Source: Octopus sinensis
Taxonomy: Eukaryota
Reading direction: 5' to 3'
Length of the DNA: 64,000 nt
Assembly (NCBI RefSeq): GCF_006345805.1
Contig: NC_042997.1
Location: 2,604,001 to 2,668,000, forward strand
Shown: positions 1 through 12,380 of the stretch, piece by piece
Layout: each line of letters starts with the position of its first letter
Position numbering within the stretch: position 1 is the first letter of the stretch
Notes under the pieces: generated by a model
The model's input: the letters and a program-made list of their open reading frames with translations, nothing else
Databases searched by the model: none
Told to the model about the DNA's origin: nothing
Program-made: the position numbers and the translations under genes

Positions 1-34
1 CATACCGTTATGCTCATGCAGTGATAGATCCATT

Positions 35-399
35 TGCCCTTTGGATAACCAACGTATGACTAGGAATGCCGTATACACGTGCTCTATAAACACTCGAGGA
101 GGCACCTAAATATATATCTGGGCATCAGCCGATTTCTTAAAAACATTTAAACCGCAAAAACATCGCCAACTATCGAAATATGCTCAAACGACATGTAACA
201 TCACTGGCCGATTTTACTTGACTTAAGGAAGCAAAGATAAAAATACGATCTTACAAGGTCCATGCTTAGACACGCGAATCCCTTCAACACTGTATCCTGC
301 AAATGCAAATTAGGATCCGAGGTGTCACTCCCGATAATATTGAAAAAGGAGCGCATTATAAATAAATTCACTAACAATTACCAAGATGCCTACACGTAG
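35..399 (+). mobile_element. Penelope-like element remnant, GIY-YIG endonuclease (pseudogenised)
   Basis: Manual translation gives CPLDNQRMTRNAVYTC (frame 2), a frameshift, then IYLGISR...LDLRKQR*KYDLTRSMLRHANPFNTVSCKCKLGSE...IINK (frame 1). This matches the PLE layout CPLxxxCLxxNxVY...YIG...IWxLK...WSIL...CxLC. Confidence 0.75.
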
Positions 400-548
400 A
401 TAAATATACATTTACACACTACAACCAAGATTATACATAATTTGATATACACATGGCGCCCATAACTTTTAATACAAATGAACTTAAGGAAATATATTTT
501 AATATCCTGTATTTGACACGTTATCATGCCATCTAATCCATACAAGAA

Positions 549-567
549 TATATATATATATAATATA

Positions 568-639
<72 letters not shown>

Positions 640-743
640 ATATAATATATATATGTATATATGTATATATATGCGTGTATTTATAATTATATATGTATAT
701 ATGTGTATGCATGTGCATATATGTGTATGTGTGTGTGCGCGTG

Positions 744-786
<43 letters not shown>

Positions 787-905
787 AGAGATATACATAT
801 GTGTACATTTCTATCGGTGCGCATTTGTGCTTGTTTTTAGGTGTATGTATATATTGATGTGAATTTGTGCATGCGTGTTCACGGGCCTAAGGTTATATAC
901 GTATA

Positions 906-1000
<95 letters not shown>
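549..1000. repeat. Compound (TA)n/(TG)n microsatellite block
   Basis: Directly visible dinucleotide runs at about 549-655, 748-790 and 909-1000; source of the YIYI/VCVC ORFs. Confidence 0.95.
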
Positions 1001-1003
<3 letters not shown>

Positions 1004-1299
1004 CATTATATATTTACTTATTTGTATACGCGACTGTATTAACCAGTGTGCGTGTGTCAAACTTTGCACAGATGTCGCTTTACGTACAAATAGATGCACA
1101 TAGTTATCTATGCTATGCGCGTATATTTATGTATACATGGGCCTGTGTGCCTGTATATATGAGTTCCTATACATATATGTATGTATTCGCCAATAAGTAC
1201 GCTTATGCACGTGTATCTAGTTGAAAGTACATATCCATACCTTGGATGTGCGTATGTGAGCGCATATGTATAAGTGCATATATATATAATATATATATA

Positions 1300-1384
<85 letters not shown>

Positions 1385-1385
<1 letters not shown>

Positions 1386-1446
1386 CCTTAAATTTTTTAA
1401 AATGTATTAGCCCGAAGGTCGCGGCCATGCTGGGGCACCACCGCTG
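1385..1446 (-). mobile_element. Isolated SINE/LINE 3' tail fragment
   Basis: Reverse complement reads GGTGGTGCCCCAGCATGGCCGCGACCTTCGGGCT, the same tail motif as at 28273-28296 and 51737-51760. Confidence 0.7.
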
Positions 1447-1744
1447 TATATATACATACATACATGCACATATGTATGTGTGTATGTACACGTGCGTATG
1501 AAAACGAATACAAAAAATGTCCTCTAAGTATTAACTTCCTTTCTACTTCTTTTTGTTTCTCAACACTTACAACAACGACGGCTCATTACGTCATTTTCTC
1601 AAGATTTTCAGGTTCACATTTGCATTTTTCGCGTTTCAATTTTTCCTTGTTTTTTACTCATTCCCATAGATTACGGACAGCGATACGTAAAAGAGACAGC
1701 TATACGTAAAACTGAATCTCTAGTGAGACATATTTATTATATAT

Positions 1745-1795
1745 TTATGTAACCGAAGAGACACAGAACGGGTCAAAACATGTGTCGGACTAAAT
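1745..1795 (+). ncRNA. Degenerate type I hammerhead-ribozyme-like motif (PLE terminal repeat)
   Basis: CCGAAGA-GAC(acagaacgg)GTC-AAAAC-ATGT-GTC-GGACTAAAT: two core mismatches, a 3-bp stem II, a palindromic stem III and a GUC triplet. Confidence 0.45.
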
Positions 1796-2034
1796 AAAAT
1801 CATTTTTTCCATATATTTTATTAATACTGTTGCCTCAACTGACACAGTGAAGTTCCTGCAATCTACGGATAATAACAGGTAATATAAACTGTGCTGCTGT
1901 TGTACTCATCATCCACTTATACATTTTGTATAATTTCTCCATTTTATATATAATATATATATATATATGTGGGTATGTGTGTGTGTCTGTGTGTCTCTCT
2001 GTGTGTGTATGTGTGTGTATGTATGTATACGTTT

Positions 2035-2180
2035 TTGTGTCTGTGACGACCGATAATGGTGTGTTTACGTCTCCGTAACTTAGCGGTTGGGCAAAAAAGA
2101 AACAATAGAATATATACTGGGGTCAAATTGTTCGAATAAAAGTGGTACTCGAGCATGGGCGTAGTCAACTGACTGAAACA
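2035..2180 (+). mobile_element. 3' half of CORE-like SINE (degraded)
   Basis: TGTTTACGTCTCCGTAACTTAGCGG...GGGGTCAA...AGCATGGGCGTAGTCAACTGACTGAAAC aligns to 28160-28331. Confidence 0.8.
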
Positions 2181-2189
2181 CATGCATGT

Positions 2190-2229
<40 letters not shown>

Positions 2230-2239
<10 letters not shown>

Positions 2240-2541
2240 ATATTTCGGAATGGTCATTTTGTTAGTTTGGACAATAAAAACACACGCACTATATATTTGG
2301 TATTATTTTGCTTAAGTGTTATTTATTTTTTATGTTAATCTTAATCTTATCTCGGCCAGAGTTCTTTCGTCACAGTCCTGTGACCGCATCACAGGAGTGT
2401 GACGAAAGAACTCTGGCCGAAATAAGATTAAGATTAACGTAAAAAATAAATAAAACTGAAGCAAAATAACACCAAATATATAGTGCGTGTGCTTTTATTG
2501 GCTAAACTGGCAAATAACCATTCCGAAATATAAAAATATAT
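2230..2541. mobile_element. ~310-bp foldback (near-perfect palindrome), MITE-like or PLE-derived
   Basis: The left arm 2230-2383 is the reverse complement of the right arm 2389-2541 with only scattered mismatches; the loop is CCGCA at 2384-2388. Confidence 0.9.
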
Positions 2542-2596
2542 GTTTCAACACACGACTTCACATAAAAAATCTTGCACAACAAATATATAAACGTAC

Positions 2597-2697
<101 letters not shown>

Positions 2698-3254
2698 ATA
2701 TGTGTGTGTATTAAATGACTCGATACTTCTGTTTATATTTTGTGTATTATTATATCCCTATACCCATACTTTACCATGATTAATTAATTCTTTCATGTAT
2801 ATGAAAATACTTGTGTGAATGTATACGTGGATGCGTGTGTTGTATGACAATTATGTACATGATTACGTGTATATATACTTCGCTTATATCTTGACAAAAA
2901 TATAAAGACACCTTGAGCTGATAGCTCAGTTAAATTGATGCATAATTACATTTTAATTATTACATAAGCTTACTATCATAGAGAACATATTTGTATTAAA
3001 CTATTGCGTTGATATTGTATGAAATGTAGCCATCTTTTATTCGACAGCATAGTATGATAAAGTGGGCTAAATTGGACTTGACAGAATTGTTCTTTACTAA
3101 ATCTATCCCCCAATTTAATCCTCATTTGACTGATTAAAACTGTGAATTATTGCTAAACTAATTTCTACAATTATATGTTTCATGTCTTTCGTTAAATTAT
3201 GAAGTTTCTGTTTCTAATTGCGCGAAATTTTGAAACGATATTTTTCATTTTGCT

Positions 3255-3480
3255 CAAATGTTGATGTTGTTGATGATGATGATGTTGATTATGATGATGT
3301 TGATGATGGCGATGATGATGATGATGATGATAAGGAAGTAGTTGTTGATGATGATGATGATGTTAATGGTGACGACGACGACGTTTATGAAACGACGTTG
3401 ATGACGATAACGATGATAATGTGGACGATGACGACGACGACGACAACGGTGATGATGATGATGAGGTTTAGGAGGAGGAG
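3255..3480. repeat. Degenerate (GAT)n/(GAC)n trinucleotide repeat
   Basis: Visible GAT/GAC runs; explains the poly-Asp ORF 3218-3529. Confidence 0.9.
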
Positions 3481-4159
3481 GTTCTGGCGGGAGAGAAGTA
3501 GCAGCAGGATGTATAATATGGGAAGATAATTAAGATATTGATGATTTTCATTTCTGTATGACATATATTTAGTATACACCTGCAAAACTAATAATTGTAA
3601 TTCAGCCGATATCATACTTTGATCAATGTCTTCATAATTGCGCATGGAAGCTTTGACATCGATAGTAACAACTTAATTATATTGTACATAATTCACTTAG
3701 CATCTACATCCTATTTGAGCCAATCCATAAAATTTTATACCTGTAATACACGAGAAAGTAATTGATATTATTGAAATTTATGCTAAGCACGCGACCATTG
3801 ATACACCATGAATTTCCTCGCTTCGTATATCAGTTTTTAAAAAGTGAGAAATCGGACGATATTAAACATGGAGTACATGGAGTATATCGATAAAGGTGAG
3901 AGGAAAATGAAGACATCGATGCGGAAGGAAGGCAGGAATCAGTCGAATGACATTACAAGCTGGTTCAAATACAATGAGCTTAGCAATATATACCATAAGC
4001 TTGCTTGCTGGTAACTACGTCGCTGTTTTGCGACATACTGTCTGTCTGTCACTTTCTCTCTCCGATTTTGTCTCTCATACTCTCTCTGAATAAATACATA
4101 TATTTGCGTGCCCGCGTGTATATGTATGTATATTGGTATATTATATTTTATTATACACT

Positions 4160-4295
4160 ATGAAGAATGCGAACTCGCAGATTCATTAGTACGCCGGAGA
4201 AAATGTTTTGAAGCATTTCTTCCGTCTTTATGTTTTGAGTTCAAACGTTGCCGACGTCCAACTTGCCTTCTATACTTTCCTATTGTTATTCACCA
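4160..4295 (+). mobile_element. Degraded head of Meta-like tRNA-derived SINE
   Basis: GCGAACTCGCAGATTCATTAGTACGCCGG...GAGTTCAAAC...CAACTTGCCTTCTAT aligns to 35111-35225. Confidence 0.6.
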
Positions 4296-4429
4296 GCACT
4301 CATTCATTATGTATGTATGTATGTATGTATGCATGTATGTATGTATGTATGTATGTATGTATGTATGCATGTATGTTTGTATGTATGCATGTGTGTGTGT
4401 ATGCATGTATGTAAGTAGGCGGAGTCGTG

Positions 4430-4615
4430 GTTTTGTGGTAAGTACTTTGCTTCCAAACCATATTTTTTTACGTCGCCATAACTTAACAGTTAGACAAAAG
4501 AGACAACTAAAATAAGTACTAAGCTTATGAAAGAAAATTAGCATTGAGGTCGACTAAAAGCTCTTCAAGGCGGTGCAGCCACCATGGCTGCGTTCAGATG
4601 ACTGAATTTAGTCAT
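4430..4615 (+). mobile_element. Degraded, internally deleted CORE-like SINE
   Basis: Head fragment TGTGGTAAGTACTTTGCTTCCAAACC joined to tail TTACGTCGCCATAACTTAACAG...AGGCGGTGCAGCCCACCATGGCTGC. Confidence 0.7.
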
Positions 4616-5518
4616 ATGTATGTATGTGCGTGTGTGGGTGCGTACGCGTGCGTATGTGTGTGAGAGAGTGAGTACATCACTAGTGTGTGAACAGTTTATT
4701 GAATGCTCTACAATACTACAGAGTATAACTATAGAAGGCTATTAAAGTAAGTATACATAGATATGTTTAACGCTCGACCTGTTTTCATGACGAGAAAAGG
4801 CGTGATTAATTGTACGATGTTCAAGCCTGCGTTGGGATTTCATCACCAATCGAATATCTTTATTAACTTACAGAGATAGAAATACTCATAATATTCCATT
4901 TACTTAAAGCTTATTTAAAGTGGAAAGACTATTGTGCATATACAATTTTCTATAACAGCGTGATCAAAAAATATTTTTTTCTAAAGAGTTGGCATTCTTT
5001 GTTACAATGCTTCCATGTACTAAAACATACAATGTTACCATTTTACTAAACTATAGATTTCTTAATCAGGTTTTGAATATGTTATGCTCATATATATGTA
5101 TATGGTGTAAGATGGTTTCAAATATGTGATGAAATTTTCTCGGCCACTGTGTATTCATCATTACGAATCATTTAAAGATGTTTCTCGAAATCTTAAAACT
5201 CATTCTTAATGCATAAATGTGGCGAATTTTCAAAATACATTATTGCCACACTGATTTCTGATGAGCTGTTTATCTTTTCTCTGCCAATTGTTCAATCTTT
5301 AAACAGCAGCCATGCTGGGACACAGCCCTCAAGAATGTAGCACATTTTCTTTTCTAATCCAAATAATGTTTATAAATAACAGGGACGTAAACAAAGCAAC
5401 ATCGTGTATCAAACGCTGGTAGGAAACAAAAAATAACACACATAAATATTCCCATACATGCACACGCATGTAAAACAAGTAAAAGAGTAAAGAGTATATA
5501 TATATATATATATATATA

Positions 5519-5555
5519 TAGTGAGAGAGAGAGAGAGAAATAGATAGATAGATAT

Positions 5556-5642
<87 letters not shown>

Positions 5643-5645
5643 TAT
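5519..5645. repeat. (GA)n plus (TAGA)n microsatellite
   Basis: Directly visible. Confidence 0.95.
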
Positions 5646-5699
5646 GCACAACCACATGTATACGCGCAAACATATATATGCGTATGCATCTTCTATTTT

Positions 5700-6690
5700 T
5701 TAATTATTCTAAAACTTCCACTGAGGCGGGAGCCCGTTTCCAACAATCTTTGGGGTGTAGTTAACACAAACAAATTCACATTTGGAACTTGAGAAATGTT
5801 GTATATTTTTACTGATCTCACAGATTACACTTGTGATGTACAAATCAGCCGGTCGATTTCTCTTTCTGGAAATCCCAGTTTTTCTAGATTCTCCTTCAAG
5901 TATTTACGAATAGAACCTAGTGTTCCAATCATTATCGGTACGAATATCAATTTATGGTTTGGATATACAAGCAGGAGGTTTTGAAGCAGTTGTCTATAGA
6001 TATATATTGTTTCTTTGACTTTCATAGAGATATTTATATGTGCAGGACAGCTGACCTCTATGATGTAAGCATAACAGACCGGATATTGTTGTTTGCGGCA
6101 GAAGGGCGATGGTATGTACATACCTTCGCCCTTCTTAGGACAGCTGCTGATCAGATGCGTGGTGTTTTCCAGAGAAACATGGCATAGTCTGCACATGCGG
6201 TTGCGCCTTGGGATTACGAGAGCGTCAATGTCGCTCTTTTTCACCAGGTACATTGTGACACTCTCCTACACATGGATTGCAAATGCAAGACCTCAAAGTG
6301 TGATGTAATATAGTGGTCTTGTGTCCAAGAGTGGCTACGCTTAGTGTCAATTTTACTGTCTTCTTCAAGCTTCTGGACATCATATCCATGCATAGTCATT
6401 TTTTCTATTTTGTATGCTGGTCTTCTCTGAGCTGTTTTGGGGCTGTATAGGAGATCATCAGGAGGAGAGAGAGCTTCTTGAGGAGCTCACTACCAACTCC
6501 TACAATGTTGTGCATTTCACTTTTCATTACTGAAAGTATATATTTATTTTCGCTGTTGTTATTTAGCATGTGATGCCTGAGTGATACCATACAACATTCG
6601 AAGTTCGTCTGTACTGTACGTGATGTATTTATACGACGGGCTTTTCGTTTCTGTGAAGGAAATCCTCTCACAATGCTCTGGTCCTGTCAA
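5700..6690 (-). mobile_element. 5'-truncated non-LTR retrotransposon with restriction-like endonuclease (R4/Dong- or NeSL-like), pseudogenised
   Basis: The minus strand encodes an RT C-terminal region (FECCMVSLRHH...HYITSHFE), a CCHC knuckle (CRLCHVSLENTTHLISSC), RLE motifs (IIEVSCPA...FVPIMIGTLG) and an ORF end TFLKFQM* near 5780. The RPDIVV motif is present but inverted (see findings). Confidence 0.85.
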
Positions 6691-6697
6691 GTTTTTA

Positions 6698-6787
6698 GAA
6701 GAAGACACTCGCTCAATGTGCCATGCAGTTGGACTGAACCCAGAACCATATGGCTGAGAAGCAAAATTTTTACTACACAGCTACGCC
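6698..6787 (-). mobile_element. tRNA-derived head of CORE-like SINE
   Basis: Reverse complement GGCGTAGCTGTGTAGTAAAA...GGTTCTGGGTTCAGTCC...GGCACATTGAGCGAGTGTCTTC has A- and B-box-like motifs and aligns to 27980-28075. Confidence 0.75.
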
Positions 6788-8951
6788 GAAAATCACTTTC
6801 AGAGATGATGTTTGGTAATATTTGTACTGTTAGATATAAGATATATTGATCTAAGATTAGCAAATAGGGGTTTTGATATTAAGGGTTTGCACGCACAGTT
6901 GTCAGATAGTAGCTTCAATTCTTGGACATGGAGGTGAGTTGTTTTCTTGAATAAAACATTTCATGGGCGTTGCTTTGTGATTCATTCGATACTTGGCACT
7001 CAGTGCACCGAGTTGATGGAAGGAGTGAGTGTAAAAATTTGATCATTATAAGCAAATTACTAGCGCTGGCTGTTTAGCAAGAAATTATCAAACCGTCTTT
7101 TTCAGACTACGAGAGACTACCATCATCATATTTTTTAGGATTATATTGTTGCTGTGTGTTTTCCATCAAATTTTAGGATTCTTGCCATTGATTGTAATCT
7201 TATCGGTAACGACATATATAATGTATGTCTAACTAACGTAAGGCGCTGGAATTTTCTGAACTTCAGTGCCACAGAAATCTTCCTTCGATGGTTTTTTGCT
7301 CATTGCTCAAATACCTTAATTTGAAAAAAAGACTTGTTTTGCCGAATCCTTTTAGTCTTGAAACCATTATCTAAGACATACGTTTTTCTGTTTACTTTTA
7401 ATGGTTCTAGTGTTAGGCCTTTTGTTTGTTCATTGATTATGTTATGCTTTATTTAAAATGCAGGATGCATTTTCTTAATACCTTTTTCATGAACATATAC
7501 ACTATGTTATCTTATTTGCTTCGCTGCGTAATGGATATATTATAAGTTGGTGGCTTTTATCTTTTGTAACACTATATTTTATTTAACACATCTTACATAT
7601 TTGTAAGTATGACAAAAAACATAAGCAAAAGATTAACTCGCTTATATTACTTAGTAGAGTTATGCTAGGAATATAGAATTTCCCTTAATGCATTCCCAAA
7701 TCTGCAACACGTAGTTGTTAGCAACGGAAATTACATTGATCTGTAAATGTTATGCACCACTATTGTTAGTATTACAAATAAGTAACGGTCAAGCATTTTT
7801 ATAAAATTTAACTTTTTTAGTTTTTTCCAAATTCATTTTCATTTGAGGTATCACTGACTTTGATTTGTATAGTAAAATGATGTAAATTATATTCTTGCCA
7901 TCGATTTTGTATGAGTGTTTCTCCATTTTTGCTTTCCTCTCGTGTATTCATGTGGACGTTTTAACTTTCAGTTGTAAAGTCTCACGGTAGCAAGTTGTTA
8001 TATGAGAAGCCATACTGCTCAACGAAATATGTAGTAGCAATATTAATGAGAAAACGGTGGCTTTGAATGTCGATTTGAATTAGTTACTCGTGTGACATTT
8101 GGTGATGAATAGTCTCCATCATACTTAGCTGTGCATGAAATAGATTTCCTTCATGAGCTGCTTATCAAACTGTTTATGAAACTGAACGTTACCATATCTT
8201 TACACTTAGTGAAAATTATTCCTTTCAGACGCGTTGGTTATTCTTCGTGTTGGTCCCTGAAGCGTTGAAGGAATGAGAATCATGTATAAGACGTGAAATT
8301 AACAAAGCGAAATTTGCCAGATTAACTTCCAGGTAATACTAAGACTTTAATATAATGAAAGGACTCATAATACAGCGTCAAATATGCGGAATCATATAAG
8401 CCTTATGTAATGTCAAAAAGCATTAGTCAATTACTTAGTGAGGGCATCATGTAGATTATGTCAAATAAAATGGGGTCTGTGTTTGGATGGATAAAAATGA
8501 TTTCTTCAGTTTTCTTAAGCAAAGTATAGAATTTGGCAAGTCCAAAAAAAAAAAGAAAAAGAAAAAGAAAACGAAATTTTTATTTCGTTCAAGATGTAAG
8601 TTCATTGCAGTACTCTTTATATTGACAATCAGATATATCGTATGTACATATTGTGTTTGATATTTTCAGTACAATCTTCTGTATGAGATTACGTGCAATT
8701 ATAGGTTTACGTACAAGTACAAAGAATAAATATACTCGCTTGTATTAATCTACATAGTGACGGACGCACTCACACATACTTACATACTAAAAATAAAAGC
8801 ACGTATACATAAATACACACACATGTCTGTATTTGTGCGTGTGTGTACATATATATGCGTATATTTACATATATATGAGCACATATCTATCTATATCCCC
8901 ATCTCTCTACCTCTCTCTCTCTCTCTCCTCTCTCTCTTATGTATACATATA

Positions 8952-9023
<72 letters not shown>

Positions 9024-10554
9024 GAAACTACACAGTATATTTATGCACACAGATTTGCATATTTCTATATGAATTCGTGTGTGTCTACGGGCCTGTGTTA
9101 TGGGATTTGTGTTTGACATATTTCATTTAACTATGAATGGACGTTCCTGTCAGATTCGAAGAGTTAGATATTAGTGTGAGACTGGCTTGTAAGGTTGATT
9201 GAAATATGTTCTAGACCAAGTCGGTCGCCATATATCATGAAATCTATTGATTTATCACCAATATTGTCATTCATAAGAAATTAGATTTGCAGAGACTTTA
9301 GTCACTTCGCTCTCAAGAAAACGCAGTAACACTATGCACACAAACACACAGAAAATCGTGCCAAAGAATACATATTTTTGTCCATTCAAGAGCTCATACA
9401 ATCATACGCATAAAAAGCAGCTGTTTAACTATACTGATAAAGGAATGTGGTCTGACACAATCTCAAATAAAATGTCATATGAAACAAAAATACATCTACT
9501 CTAGGAAAATCATTAAATATTCTCACATACACATACATAATAAGATGTAACGATTATCTCTCTACATAGCGAGAGAGAGAGAAAGAGGTGGGAGAAAGAG
9601 ATAGAGAGAGGGAGAAAGTGGAGAGAGAGAGAATGTTCTGTGTACGTTTCATAGTTCAAACAATCAGACAGCGCAAGTGTTAATGTACTGCACAGTCGTT
9701 TTAAAATAAGTCAAACTCACTCTTATATATTATACGAGGCATGCACACACAGTTAATTATGTACATATACATATATCTGCATCATTATGTATGTGTGTTT
9801 GTATATATGTGTGTATGTATGCGTGTAAGAACAGATATATATATATATATTTCTATAAATGTGTGCGTCGGTATATATGTATAAAAGTGTACATACACAC
9901 TTACATATATGTAAACACATACATAATGTGATGTGCGATAAGAGAAATCAATATTAGTGCTGAGAGAATATGTGTATTGATACATTATAAATGAACTTCT
10001 TAATAATTCATTATTGACAATCTCACCGCTTAAATTCAAGTAGACTAATTATGTGAGTCAATAATTTCAAAATGGTGTATCTTTGGCTGCAAAGTTATCA
10101 TGTTAGTTATTCGTGACACCATATTAAATAAAGTCCAAATACGTACCATTTCCAAAAACTTGGCAAATATAATAAGTGAATTTGAATATAAGCGATGAAC
10201 TGTGTCAGTAATCATTTACAACCCCATTTATAGTGTTTAAATGCATATACACCAGATCAAACTCCTCTTCCAACACTGATATAGACACACATTCTAAATA
10301 TGCATATAATTCAATTACACACACGCTCACACGCACATATATGTAACTACATATAGATATGAATACAGACAGCTAGACAGAGAGGTAAGTTAGTGGATGT
10401 ATGGTTGGATAGGTAAAGAGATAGATAGATATGTATGTATGTAGGTGTATATATGTATATATAAAACACACTGATAGATAGATAAATAGATACATATACA
10501 TACATAGATGGGGAATGAATGGTTAGGTGCTTAGATAACGGACAGATGTATTAG

Positions 10555-10682
10555 TATAACGCTAGGGAAGTGACAAAATTTTTTAACGTTTCGAGCCTAC
10601 GCTCTTCCACAGAAAGGAACGCAGAAAAAAACAAGGAGAGAGAATGAAGAATGTGTAGTAGATAGCGATCTATCATGGCTAT
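10555..10682 (-). mobile_element. PLE terminal-repeat fragment with hammerhead-like motif (10581-10616)
   Basis: Minus strand TTT-CTGTGGA-A-GAGC(gtag)GCTC-GAAAC-GTT-AAA; homologous to 14870-14980. Confidence 0.7.
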
Positions 10683-10829
10683 ATATATATATTTATATAT
10701 ATACACATATACATAAATAAATATATATTTATATATATATTTATGTATGTGCATAAATAAATATATACATATACATGCGTGTGCGTGTGTATGTGCGTGT
10801 ACATATATGCATAGAGTGTTAGGTGTTAC

Positions 10830-10890
<61 letters not shown>

Positions 10891-11235
10891 TGTGCGTGTG
10901 GCATGCATCTGTGTTGCCGTGGTGATGGTGGATATCAAACCAGGAATACATCTCAATCGGTGTGCTCTTATATCCAAGCATTGAGCATACAATTTTCCTT
11001 AATGGCATGTCCAATTTGAAAATTTTTGAAGCCTTAGATTATCTTCCCTTTAGAAGGGGTGTTCGATTTAATTGCTATTTTGTAATTGCGATATATCTTT
11101 CAGAGGCGATGGTAGTATTATTGATTCAACGATTCATTATTTAAAGTACTTGGTATCCCTACATTTACCTTTCTCTCCCCTTTTTCTCTGTCTCTCTGTC
11201 TCTCTCTGTGTTTTTTCTGTCTCGATATATATATG

Positions 11236-11294
<59 letters not shown>

Positions 11295-11619
11295 TACATA
11301 TATACACACACTCATGTTTATATATATTGAGAGAAAGATATGTATGCGTGTGGTTTTATATTTGTACGTGCGGATAAATGCAAGCATGTGTGTAATAACA
11401 TTGTCTATGCAAGTCAATATAGCTGGCGTTTGAAATACTAGTAAATCTAACCATCTACGATGGAGGCATAAAATGAGGGAAGTCATAATAGCAATATGTA
11501 CTGAGTAATGTATAAATAGGCTTGATAGGTTACTGCGTGATATCTTATGCAGCTACATGACATGCGTTTGCAAGTAACATGTGATGACGATTCACTCGCG
11601 AAATGAAATAGGTTCCCTG

Positions 11620-12380
11620 CCTCTGTATTGTGAATGTTTAGGTCGATCACTCCTAACGAAAGCCAGAGCTTTATGTAGTGGTCGAAGTATGATGACATAC
11701 TTTTCTAATTTTATTTTCGCAATTAACCTTCGTTGTGACAGCTTCCGTATCTGCGATAGAGTCACAAAACTCTATGATGAAAATCCAGAGTTACTCGTGG
11801 TCGGTGAATTTTTTATAAAAATACCAAGGTAGTTTATCAATTCAAAAATCGATATCCACGAAATAATCATACTTTCTGTTGTTTAATGCTGAAACCTTCC
11901 CCACGACTGTCTTTGTATTTCCGAAAAACAACGTGACCGCTGTTCCAGCCGTCTGGCCGTGACGAAGGAATAGAAAAAGAGACGGACAGACGGATAGAGA
12001 GACGGACATAATGCTCATTATACTAAGATAGTATAAAGAGGGACCGGCGGAGAGACAGATGGACATAACGCCCATTATATTAAGATAGCATATCTGTCCA
12101 TCTCCGATGGGCAGATATGCTAATATTGTCGAAAATCTAAACCCTCTAAGTTCACGAAATATAAGGTGTGGGTGTAATTTTAACAAAACGATCAAAGGTG
12201 ATTTATTTATACAAAACTCATTATCCATTAAATAATCATACCTTTTCACATTGTTTTTCGCTAAAATCCTTCCTGATTACCTCCTTATTAATCCCGAAAA
12301 CATCGTGGCAATTAGTTCACCATTTGACCCTGAAGTGGGAATGGTCAGACAGAAGGGCATAACGCCCATTTTAGTAAGGT
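11620..12380 (+). mobile_element. Possible non-autonomous Helitron/Helentron-like element with reiterated terminal motif
   Basis: The motif (G)GACATAA(C/T)GC(C/T)CATT(A/T)TA(C/T/G)TAAG(A/G)T occurs at about 12004, 12061 and 12356, after (GACG/GACA)-like repeats. The class assignment rests on resemblance only. Confidence 0.3.

Noticed and set aside
8229-8332. Exon-like segment tttcag|...CAG|gtaata
   Set aside because: Stops occur in all three frames. It could be a non-coding exon but cannot be supported without RNA data.
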